A stretch of 25,887 nucleotides of DNA from a virus (Duplodnaviria; Caudoviricetes). Location of the stretch: positions 1 to 25,887 of the IMG/VR virus record IMGVR_UViG_3300023172_000172. One strand, given 5' to 3'. Under the pieces are notes generated by a model. It made no database searches, had not been told where the DNA came from, and saw only the letters and a program-made list of their open reading frames with translations. Both the position numbers and the translations under genes were made by a program. Below are positions 1 to 8,632 of the stretch, in pieces (the stretch's first letter is position 1; the number at the start of each line of letters is the position of its first letter).

Positions 1-273
1 GCAATAAGCGATATAAGAATTAAGTTTTTCGACTTTGAAGTTTTCGAACATAAAAAATTAACAAAAAAAGATCTTGACAATCCTGAATTATTATGTGATA
101 ATACTCGCTATAATAATTCTAGAAAAATCGTATCAAATGGTAAAATTTACAACAGTAAAGCAGCATGGTCTCACGAACTCGAAGGCGAACACAATACGGT
201 CATTGATTGCGATGAATTCTGGGAAGAACTCTCAACACTAAAACTTTACAATGATAACAGAATCAGCGACTGA
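1..273 (+). CDS. Hypothetical phage protein, C-terminal part (5' truncated by the window edge)
   Basis: Frame 1 is open from base 1 to TGA at 271-273 (AISDIRIKFFDFEVFE...EFWEELSTLKLYNDNRISD*). It is missing from the ORF track because no start codon lies in the window. Confidence 0.7.
   Translation, partial: AISDIRIKFFDFEVFEHKKLTKKDLDNPELLCDNTRYNNSRKIVSNGKIYNSKAAWSHELEGEHNTVIDCDEFWEELSTLKLYNDNRISD
74..102 (+). promoter_or_regulatory. Putative sigma70-type promoter inside the upstream CDS, facing the annealing-protein gene
   Basis: TTGACA (74-79), a 17-nt spacer, then GATAAT (97-102), with TG at the extended -10 position (94-95) and an A-tract (UP-like) at 61-69. Confidence 0.55.
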
Positions 274-316
274 CAATTCAATAACAATCTCTTCACAAAT
301 CAACAGTAAGCATATT

Positions 317-1090
317 ATGGCCACAAAAAAAACTCTACCCAAAAACTATGCGCAAGGACCACTAAAATTTGCCCGAAATGAATATGGCCTGCTTAATGGA
401 GTTGATTATGATTTCAGTGAAGATGGATCAGTAAACTGGAGGTCTATGATAAAGGATGAACATCTATTCCCCAACAGGTCTTGGTTTGATCTAAGAAAAA
501 AAGATTTACCCAGAACTATTGACGGACTCAAAGATCATCAACTTCTTATCAAGCTTAGCGGAATTAAAGAACTAGCAAAACTAAGAGGTTTCTCAGACGT
601 ATCCTACGAAGTAGTTAAATGTCAAGAAGACCATGTTGCGGTGATCTGTAGAGTTACATTTTTACCAAACTACGAGACAGGAAATCAACCTGTAACATTT
701 CAAGACATGGCAAACGCCACTCTAAATAACACGAGTAGTTTTGCAACAAAATTTCTAGAAACTATTGCCTGCAATAGAGCATTTGTTAGGTGTGTAAGGA
801 ATTTCTTAAATGTACATATTGTCGGAGATGACGAAATAGATAAATCGAATCAAGGAAACGCAAATCAGGCTAATAGTAACCAAGCCTTACCGTCTATTAC
901 CCCAGAATCTATGATCGAGTCTTCAGCAAGGGAAAAGCTAAATTGTTCTAGCTTTGAAGAATTCAAGGTAGTATTAAGAGATTGGTGGAAAACAGGAAAA
1001 TATAAAAACGAAAAAGTTGTAGACTGGAATAGTTATTCCGATATTCCCCCGTCTCAGGCTCGAGTACTAATGAAGGTAATCAACTCATAG
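317..1090 (+). CDS. Putative single-strand annealing/recombination protein (Rad52/Sak/Red-beta superfamily fold)
   Basis: The core LLIKLSGIKELAKLRGF...VAVICRVTF...MANAT...FLETIACNRAFVRCVRNFLNVHIVGDDEI matches the SSAP helix pattern (A.(T/N)RA..R..R..LN.....EE/DE). A low-complexity N/Q linker and a small C-terminal domain follow. ATG 317 (MATKK) is preferred over ATG 251, which overlaps the previous ORF. Confidence 0.55.
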   Translation: MATKKTLPKNYAQGPLKFARNEYGLLNGVDYDFSEDGSVNWRSMIKDEHLFPNRSWFDLRKKDLPRTIDGLKDHQLLIKLSGIKELAKLRGFSDVSYEVVKCQEDHVAVICRVTFLPNYETGNQPVTFQDMANATLNNTSSFATKFLETIACNRAFVRCVRNFLNVHIVGDDEIDKSNQGNANQANSNQALPSITPESMIESSAREKLNCSSFEEFKVVLRDWWKTGKYKNEKVVDWNSYSDIPPSQARVLMKVINS

Positions 1091-1703
1091 AATCGAGTTT
1101 TTTCATTAAATACTCCACCCTATCATTTAACACTTTTATTTGATCTTGCTGTTCCTGTATTGCGCCAACAAGTATTGGTACCATTTTTTCGTACTTCATT
1201 GCCAGATATCCATTTTGTCTTTCTGTAACAATTTCCGGAGCAATACCGCTAACTTGTTGAGCAATTAATCCTATATCGTGGCCGCTATATGTTTGTTGAT
1301 TTCCGTTCCAATCAAACTCTATAGCATCAAGAGACTGTACTTTTTCTAAACAGCCACTTATTTTTATTTGATTATCTTTTAAATTTGCATCAGATGCGGC
1401 GTATGCCACTACATCACCGTAAGAATACAGGCCATTAGCACAGCCAAGATAAAACGCGTTATCAACCAAATCGGGAAGACTTGTTCCGTTACTTTGTGAA
1501 TTTTGGTCGGTTGGACTTACATAATCCCCTAATATATGAGTATTATATCTACCAACAATATAATTGCCAGCACCATTTATTATTGTTGATCTGCGAGACC
1601 CTTCGATTTTATTATTAAAGCCACAAAGAATAACATTCGCATCATCATAATTAATGGCGTCTGTTGCGCTCGGCGCGGAAGTTCCTGGATTTGTTGGGGA
1701 CAT
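1080..1703 (-). CDS. Small tail fibre protein with beta-roll repeats and a C-terminal intramolecular chaperone/autoprotease (Peptidase S74)
   Basis: SDANLK (Ser-x4-Lys dyad spacing), FDWN, HDIGLIAQ, PEIV, GYLAMKYEKMVPILVGAIQE and a terminal coiled coil are S74 hallmarks. N-terminal I(L)CGFNN / IINGAGN repeats precede them. Confidence 0.85.
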   Translation of the reverse strand: MSPTNPGTSAPSATDAINYDDANVILCGFNNKIEGSRRSTIINGAGNYIVGRYNTHILGDYVSPTDQNSQSNGTSLPDLVDNAFYLGCANGLYSYGDVVAYAASDANLKDNQIKISGCLEKVQSLDAIEFDWNGNQQTYSGHDIGLIAQQVSGIAPEIVTERQNGYLAMKYEKMVPILVGAIQEQQDQIKVLNDRVEYLMKKLDSMS

Positions 1704-1710
1704 AATTTAT

Positions 1711-4700
1711 TTATTTTTTATACCATGTTTTAGAGTTTGTAGGGGTACTATTGTAGCTCGGAGCATACCATATTTCGCCAGCTTGATTCACTATTATATC
1801 ATACCATCCCTTGCTTCCGGCAGTATTATCTGCATTTTTAAAAACCCTCTTGCCAGAACCATGTTCCCAAGTACCCAATGAACTCGAATTAGTTATAAAT
1901 GCTGGATCAAACCACAAGCCTTGCCCAGAAGTAGCCTTGTAAAAAGCAACCGTGAAGGTGCCATTGACGAAACTTGGATGATTAACAAAAACCCATTCTG
2001 GAGTTGTAGAAAAAATTTCAATGTAAACCCATAAACCGTCTGTAGAGAGTAGCTGAGTATAGATGTTTGGAGTTGAGCCGCTCCATTCAGGATAAAACCA
2101 ACCAAACGCATGGTTGGCATAAAACCAAGCTGGCACAGTTGCCATTCCATCTTCCGACTTAAGCAAATTTCTTGAACAATAAAAATGAGTAGGCCAATAG
2201 CGTAACACATTAAAAGAGGCGTCTGTATTTATCCATGTGTCATGTAGCCACCCATAGTTATATCCAGCAAGATTCGACCCTCTCTTTAAAACATTTGTCC
2301 ATCCAGATGAAATAGGAAAGTTTGTCTGAGATTGAGATTGATCTGAATTATCTATAACATTTTTTGCGCCACAAAAAACACCCTGAACAGAACCACCATC
2401 TATTTTATTTTGATAACCCGCTCCTATTACATTAGCTCCGTCACTACTTACGCTTAGATCGGGCATTGTATTTTGATAACCAGCAACTATAGCAGAAAAA
2501 TTGTCCCCAACCGAATTATTATAACCGTTTCCGATAAAAGAAAATCTTCCTGTTATATCATTATGTGCTCCGCCGACAATTGAAGAAGCGAGAGAATCTA
2601 CTTGATTTGGTCCAGTTGTTACTCGCGTGATATCATTATTATATCCACCTCCAATAAAAATAGCTTCTGGCTCTGGATTTTGCGTGCCGGTAAATGAGAT
2701 ACCTGCTTGAAAATTATCGCTTCTTCTACTATATGAATTAACGAAAGCTGTATTAAATTCAATTCTTCCTTGCGTTGCGCCAGGATATGGATTTGCATTA
2801 AACCTTATATATCTTCCACTATCACCAATAGTAAATAGTTGAGATTTTACATCTACTCCAGATTCAACACTAAATCTCATGTGGGAGTCAGCATCTCCTA
2901 TGTCAAATTGTATATTATTATTACCATGTTGATCATTTGCTGCAGATAATAAAAATCCAGGCGAAGAATAGTCGGCCCATGTTTTACCCGCACTCTTAAT
3001 AACCCCACCATCACCAGGATCGGGATTATTCGGATCGTCCCCAGGGCCTCTTCCCATTGTTAAGCTTCTTGTGATCATTGCATCTTCTGCAAGCAATAAT
3101 TTTGTAGCAACACTTTCAAATTGAGCACCAAATGTTTTCCATAAGTGGCCTGTTGGATCAGGGTTGCTTGTATTATAAGTAGCAGGGTCGTGACTTGTAT
3201 TTGTCTCCAGAGCAATATAATATGTTTGATCGGCCGTCCTGTATACTACATCTCCGCGTAAATTTTGAGTCGGAGAACCTGGGGCGTCATGAACTCCAAT
3301 ATAAGTGCTTGTAGAATTCCAAACCCCTCTATAAACAGGGCTTCTTCCTGTCGGACCAGCAGCCCCCTGAGCAACAAGACCTACAGAAACTGAGTGTTCC
3401 GTAGAAGTGCCATCCCCAGAAGAATATATTATAACAGATTCGTGCTCAGCTGTGTTGTCGCCCTGATGAATAATTGTATCAAATCCATACTTTATTGGAT
3501 TATCATGCCTATCTCCTACATCCAACGAAGCAAAAGCAATCTTTGCATTGGAGTCAAAATTATTAGGATCATAAATAAAACCACTAATATTATATCCAGT
3601 GAAATTATTCTGACCATCTGTTTCATATTCATCATATCCAAAAATTTGAACACCATTAGGAAAGGCCATTCTGAACCTTACGTCATCATGATTAATGCTG
3701 CTATTGTTATATCTTACTACAATATCAGAGCTTTGAGATAATGATGGAATATATGCCCCATCATCCCTTTCATCATACGTAAAAAATGCTGGCTCTGCAG
3801 TCATTGACATTACGGTAAATTCTCCGCCGTCACGCTGCTTAATATTTCCCTCAATTGTTAATTGGCCATTTTCGTAGTATAATTTTCCACCAGGATTCCC
3901 AGGAAAGTCTCGACCTTTAAACATGAAGCTTCCATTTCCGCTTATTACAAATCCAGCACCCGGATATCCATATCCATGATACCCAGTTCCACCACCCACA
4001 TATACAGGATCGCCGAATCCTACGCTTCTAATTTGTCCACTATTTTGATCGCCACCAACCTGAATATCTTGACCAATAATTTCCGCGGATCTAATTTTGT
4101 CTGCAGTTATATTATGTATTTTAGCATTAGTAATAGCTGCATTTTCTATGTGAGCAGTACCAATTGTCGCATTTGCGAAAGAGTGCCACATTGGTGACGC
4201 GATTCCATTTGCATTTCTTGCAATAATATCATCTCCATCACTAAGCACAGATGGTCTTCGACCATCATAGTCTGTATTTTTGTTCGCAGAAGGATCATTT
4301 GTATTACCCTCTCCTGCTGGATGATAATCTACCGTGGAATAATTACCGCTATATAAAATATTTCTTAATGGATTATTTGCATTTAAACTTAAAGGAGTTT
4401 CTTTTACAATTTTTATTTTATCTCCATTAGATGGAGAGAATGGTAAAGACACAGATAATTGAATTGTATTAGTTAAATCTGTATATGTGTTTATTTTTCT
4501 TTCTTGCCCTTGGAGTAATCCATCTTCAAATCGCACATAGTATTCTGAACCTGCATTGATGTCAGGAATGTTTCTTCCGTCTGTTGTATCGCTTCCAACA
4601 ATGACAAAGTTCGAAACAGATGGGGACAAGTCATCGATTGCAGAAGTAAATAGCGTTGTTTTTTGCCCTGGAGCTTCTAAACCAAGATGTCCACTTTGTT

Positions 4701-7700
4701 CTGGAGTAAGCCTACTTGCTTCCACCGCATAAGTATTACCCTTAAAATAAACATATTGATCACTAGTATCTCCAGGCCCTATCACAAAACCTATTCCACT
4801 TTTATACAAAAAGTGTCTATCCCAAGATATTTCGCCAGCACCAGGAGTATTACTCTCAAAAGGATTATTTGGAACTAGCGCTAGGGTATTAGGAAATGTT
4901 TGAGTAATGCTTTGCTCAAAATCAGAAATATCAGTAGGTGCTTGTTGACCTAATATAAGCTCAAGCCCCTCCACATTCTCATTAGTAAGATTTGCCTGAC
5001 CAGTAAACGGACCTTTATTTCCAGCCATATCAACTGCCCTAATCCAGAAATACCTCTTGTCATTGGTTGTCCCATTATGAGTAACTTGAATTATTGGCGA
5101 CATAGCAGATACATTTAGCACATTTGTCGCATTCGTAATACCAGAAGCGAAATCCTGTTCTTCTGTGGGTATTGGTCCTAGACTTTCTATATCTCCAGTA
5201 ATTCTTCTATAACCAACTAAATTTTCATCTTGATTTATCGCTCTATTTTGAGCCCCTAAATACAAATAATTATCTTCCGATTGCCACACCTCATAATGGC
5301 TAACATCATTTGGAATGCTATCTAAAAATCCACCTGTCCTTGAGTTATTTGAACTAACTTCACCAGCATTAAGCTCAAAAAATTCGGTATGAGGAACCTC
5401 CCAATTCAAGAAGTAATTAGTAAAAGCAGTATCTCCATGGAAATTATATACCGGTCCAGGAATTGCATCTTGCGTAGTAGAAAACACTGGCCCATTATAT
5501 CCATTCGGATTCTTGTTATTATAATTCAGAGGATAAATCAAAACCAACTCAGGAGAACCTTGATTATCTACTAAATCAAATAAGTCGCCGCTACCAAAAT
5601 GGTCAAACGGCAATAATTTATAATAATATCCAGTGATTTGATTTCCTTGTCCTTGAATAAACGGAATTGGAGGAGAATCAGTAATTGAGTTAAAATTATC
5701 AAAAACTTCAGAAACAAAAGTCGGAGCGTTTGCCCCAGGCAATCCATCAGAATCTAAAATACTAAAGTTTGGCGTGCTAGATCTATATAATTGAAGTTTA
5801 GTTACGGTCTCCCTATCTTCATTAGCATACCTAAAATTAAATGTAGTTTGTGTGGTTCTACTTAAACTATCTACCTGAAAACCGTTCGCCAAAATACTTG
5901 GCTCTCGATTAAATCCAACAATCGATCTAGTACTTAATACATTACCCTCATTATCAAGTATTCCCAGCTCAAGACCAACACTTCTTTTTCCGCTTTGAGG
6001 AATACCAATATGTTTAAAAATAACATTATCATAACCAGTATTTAATTCCCAAAAAGGTAGCCATTGAGAAGAATAGTAGTCCGAATAAATTTGTTGATTA
6101 ATGTTTGAAATATTTGTCAGGGGAGCGCCAGTTGGATTGCTTTCTAAGCATTGGTATACTGCTCCATTACTATATACAAGATCCCCTTCATTGTGACTTG
6201 TTTGAAAATCTGTGCCACCGTAATCAGCCGCCCAATATGTTTGGTCTGCATAATTTGGCGTTCTTACTCCGTTCGCGGATCCCAGTCCATTTTCAATTAC
6301 TCCGCTCCATATATTATTTTCGTATATAACTAGGCTTCCTTCAGAATATCTTTGTTGATCGGAATAGTTTGTTATCTGAAAATCATACGCAGGAACCACT
6401 TCAACATATCCTGTATAATTAGAAGGATTTTGAGATAACCAATGATTATATCCAGTAGAAGGCAATACCTCATCACTGGGATTTATATTTTGAAGAGCTT
6501 TATATATCCCACAGTTTACATCAGTAAATATACCTTGAGGTAACCAATGCAACGATCCAGTGCTTGGCAATATAGAATCCTGAGTAGTTTGATCTTCTAT
6601 TGATTTATATATATATCCACTATATAAAACAGTATCTCCAATGTTATACTGGGTTCCAGTTTTGTATATCGTTGAATTTATTGATGGCGCAATAACAAGC
6701 GATCCAAGTGTGTAATTCAAACCCTCATTAAAAACGCCACTAATATTACTTGCATCTGGACCAACCAACTGCCCATCCGATCCAGTCGGAATATACAAAG
6801 AGTTATTATATTCAAAAACATCAGCATAAGGCAGTCCATCCCTATAAACATAATTATTTGAAACATCCCACAAATCATATGAAGGCCTAATATAATCAGC
6901 CGGAGAACTTCCTGTTTTTGCGGTATATAAAGAGAGACCCGTTACAACATTCTGCCCAGATAAATAATTTCCATAATTTCTATATACCTCATAATTGGGA
7001 TAGCCACCCGTTTTATACAATTCATTATTAATTTCTCTTGTATACTCAAATGTATCAAAAATTTTCGTAGCAGGAAGATCTTCAGATAACTCCTGAATTC
7101 CTTCGTTGTTTAGAGAGCTTCTACTATTAAAGCCTTCTGTTATTCCACTTAAAAATTCTTTCGTATCACTATCAAAAAGAGATCCGCTAATTCCAAGTAT
7201 GCTAGGCCTGTCGTTAGGAGATACAAGAAATTTGTATTGATTTAAATCAACTAGATTACCATTTTGATCAGTTACATTCCATCTAAAAATTAAATCATCT
7301 TCTCTTTCTATAAAAGACAAATTATCGATCTTTACATTAGCTAAAAAGGGAAACAAATCCGATCCCGGATCTCCAGCCTTGACAAGCCCAGTTTCCGTTA
7401 AATTATATGTATACCCAGTTCCATATCCATCTCGCGGAATAAAAGAGTAATAATATTTTCGACCCCAAATTTGATCAAATGAAGTATTATTTAAACTAAC
7501 AACTCTTTCTTGTGTCGCATATTCTACTGCCGGCCCCAATTCACTCCATAAAGGCGCTCCATCAGCGGGAGTTGTACCGACATAAGAAATAGCGTCATAA
7601 GACTGAGTACATACATATATATTATCTTGATAATTAACATAATCTCCTTCAGTAAAATAAGGCCTATGCTTAGTCCAATCAGGCGCCTCATTTGTTTTCT

Positions 7701-8628
7701 TATAATATTCTATACTATTAAATATATTACTCGGATCATATATATCATGATCTTCTGAAATATTTACAGAATTAATTATTACATCTTGAAAATCAGTATC
7801 ACTATGTCCCCATGCTAGTCCAAATTTCGATCCAACAAGAGAGTAGCTTACTTCGTCTGCTTCTGGAATATAATTTGTTCCGGTTATTACGCCCGTAGCA
7901 GTTCTTCCGAATGCGTCATGAGAAATAACTTCCAGCGCAAGTGTTCTGTCTAAATTTAATTCACTAAAGGTCAACTCTGGCAATGTAAATGAAAAGCCAG
8001 TATAATGATCCATCATTGCAGAAACATTTGCAGTATTTAATATTGACTGCAAACCTTCATTCAGGGGTGAATCTAATTGACTAGAAGATATTATATTTCC
8101 ATTTTCTGTATTTCTTAATTGTAAAGAAAAGTGAGATAAAAAAGTATCACTTAATAATTCATTACCCAATACTTCACCTTCTTTTGCGTGTCCGACAGGC
8201 GGAATCAATCTCCAATCAACTTCAACCACCCTATTAACGTATTCTGAATCTACAGCTAATATATTCGACCCGGATTCTGGATTAGCTTCTATTGTACTGC
8301 CTATTTTTGCATCTTCGGGCAAATTAGATATTCTAATATCCCCAAATGTAAACGTATCATCAAAGCTCGGAGGACTTACGCTAATCGCTTCTTCAACAAA
8401 AGCAGATCGAACACCTATATCACTTACAGCAAAAATTCTTATTTTAAAATTACCGTAATTACCCCTCAAGGAAACCACTTTGTGCGCTGTTTCACCTTCT
8501 GCGTAGACTAGGTCAGACCCCTTGCCGAGCTTATACTGAAACGAATAGTTATCCGATGTTCCTATAATTTCATAGCTTGCGCTAATATCATTAACATCAA
8601 ATTGAATACCTATTGCTGTGGATAACAT
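1711..8628 (-). CDS. Giant central tail fibre / receptor-binding protein (C-terminal continuation of gpJ)
   Basis: FN3-like units (KIRIFAVSDIGVRS; YYYSFIPRDGYG; YYYKLLPFDHFG; RYFWIRAVDMAGNKGPF), CBM5/12-like Y..GD.V.Y....Y repeats, a trimeric beta-helix pattern (ATIGTAHIENAAITNAKIHNITADKI), GG.YNN beta-roll repeats and a Trp-rich C-terminus. It lies directly after the gpJ gene. Confidence 0.8.
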   Translation of the reverse strand: MLSTAIGIQFDVNDISASYEIIGTSDNYSFQYKLGKGSDLVYAEGETAHKVVSLRGNYGNFKIRIFAVSDIGVRSAFVEEAISVSPPSFDDTFTFGDIRISNLPEDAKIGSTIEANPESGSNILAVDSEYVNRVVEVDWRLIPPVGHAKEGEVLGNELLSDTFLSHFSLQLRNTENGNIISSSQLDSPLNEGLQSILNTANVSAMMDHYTGFSFTLPELTFSELNLDRTLALEVISHDAFGRTATGVITGTNYIPEADEVSYSLVGSKFGLAWGHSDTDFQDVIINSVNISEDHDIYDPSNIFNSIEYYKKTNEAPDWTKHRPYFTEGDYVNYQDNIYVCTQSYDAISYVGTTPADGAPLWSELGPAVEYATQERVVSLNNTSFDQIWGRKYYYSFIPRDGYGTGYTYNLTETGLVKAGDPGSDLFPFLANVKIDNLSFIEREDDLIFRWNVTDQNGNLVDLNQYKFLVSPNDRPSILGISGSLFDSDTKEFLSGITEGFNSRSSLNNEGIQELSEDLPATKIFDTFEYTREINNELYKTGGYPNYEVYRNYGNYLSGQNVVTGLSLYTAKTGSSPADYIRPSYDLWDVSNNYVYRDGLPYADVFEYNNSLYIPTGSDGQLVGPDASNISGVFNEGLNYTLGSLVIAPSINSTIYKTGTQYNIGDTVLYSGYIYKSIEDQTTQDSILPSTGSLHWLPQGIFTDVNCGIYKALQNINPSDEVLPSTGYNHWLSQNPSNYTGYVEVVPAYDFQITNYSDQQRYSEGSLVIYENNIWSGVIENGLGSANGVRTPNYADQTYWAADYGGTDFQTSHNEGDLVYSNGAVYQCLESNPTGAPLTNISNINQQIYSDYYSSQWLPFWELNTGYDNVIFKHIGIPQSGKRSVGLELGILDNEGNVLSTRSIVGFNREPSILANGFQVDSLSRTTQTTFNFRYANEDRETVTKLQLYRSSTPNFSILDSDGLPGANAPTFVSEVFDNFNSITDSPPIPFIQGQGNQITGYYYKLLPFDHFGSGDLFDLVDNQGSPELVLIYPLNYNNKNPNGYNGPVFSTTQDAIPGPVYNFHGDTAFTNYFLNWEVPHTEFFELNAGEVSSNNSRTGGFLDSIPNDVSHYEVWQSEDNYLYLGAQNRAINQDENLVGYRRITGDIESLGPIPTEEQDFASGITNATNVLNVSAMSPIIQVTHNGTTNDKRYFWIRAVDMAGNKGPFTGQANLTNENVEGLELILGQQAPTDISDFEQSITQTFPNTLALVPNNPFESNTPGAGEISWDRHFLYKSGIGFVIGPGDTSDQYVYFKGNTYAVEASRLTPEQSGHLGLEAPGQKTTLFTSAIDDLSPSVSNFVIVGSDTTDGRNIPDINAGSEYYVRFEDGLLQGQERKINTYTDLTNTIQLSVSLPFSPSNGDKIKIVKETPLSLNANNPLRNILYSGNYSTVDYHPAGEGNTNDPSANKNTDYDGRRPSVLSDGDDIIARNANGIASPMWHSFANATIGTAHIENAAITNAKIHNITADKIRSAEIIGQDIQVGGDQNSGQIRSVGFGDPVYVGGGTGYHGYGYPGAGFVISGNGSFMFKGRDFPGNPGGKLYYENGQLTIEGNIKQRDGGEFTVMSMTAEPAFFTYDERDDGAYIPSLSQSSDIVVRYNNSSINHDDVRFRMAFPNGVQIFGYDEYETDGQNNFTGYNISGFIYDPNNFDSNAKIAFASLDVGDRHDNPIKYGFDTIIHQGDNTAEHESVIIYSSGDGTSTEHSVSVGLVAQGAAGPTGRSPVYRGVWNSTSTYIGVHDAPGSPTQNLRGDVVYRTADQTYYIALETNTSHDPATYNTSNPDPTGHLWKTFGAQFESVATKLLLAEDAMITRSLTMGRGPGDDPNNPDPGDGGVIKSAGKTWADYSSPGFLLSAANDQHGNNNIQFDIGDADSHMRFSVESGVDVKSQLFTIGDSGRYIRFNANPYPGATQGRIEFNTAFVNSYSRRSDNFQAGISFTGTQNPEPEAIFIGGGYNNDITRVTTGPNQVDSLASSIVGGAHNDITGRFSFIGNGYNNSVGDNFSAIVAGYQNTMPDLSVSSDGANVIGAGYQNKIDGGSVQGVFCGAKNVIDNSDQSQSQTNFPISSGWTNVLKRGSNLAGYNYGWLHDTWINTDASFNVLRYWPTHFYCSRNLLKSEDGMATVPAWFYANHAFGWFYPEWSGSTPNIYTQLLSTDGLWVYIEIFSTTPEWVFVNHPSFVNGTFTVAFYKATSGQGLWFDPAFITNSSSLGTWEHGSGKRVFKNADNTAGSKGWYDIIVNQAGEIWYAPSYNSTPTNSKTWYKK

Positions 8629-8632
8629 TTTC

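Noticed and set aside
251-316. ATG 251 as the start of the annealing protein
   Set aside because: It overlaps the upstream ORF ending at 273 and adds a featureless extension. ATG 317 (MATKK) is more plausible, though not proven.
1700-1725. Frameshift fusing the fibre to the S74 ORF at TAT AAA AAA TAA
   Set aside because: The S74 frame has an in-frame TAA two codons before its ATG (AAA AAT AAA TAA ATT ATG), so a shift would terminate.
1711-2700. Diversity-generating retroelement target at the fibre C-terminus
   Set aside because: No reverse transcriptase and no near-identical TR/VR nucleotide pair differing at adenines are visible in the window.
3340-3370. Collagen-like repeat (GAAGPTGRS)
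   Set aside because: Only three Gly-X-Y triplets are present. This is a short linker common in tail fibres, not a collagen domain.
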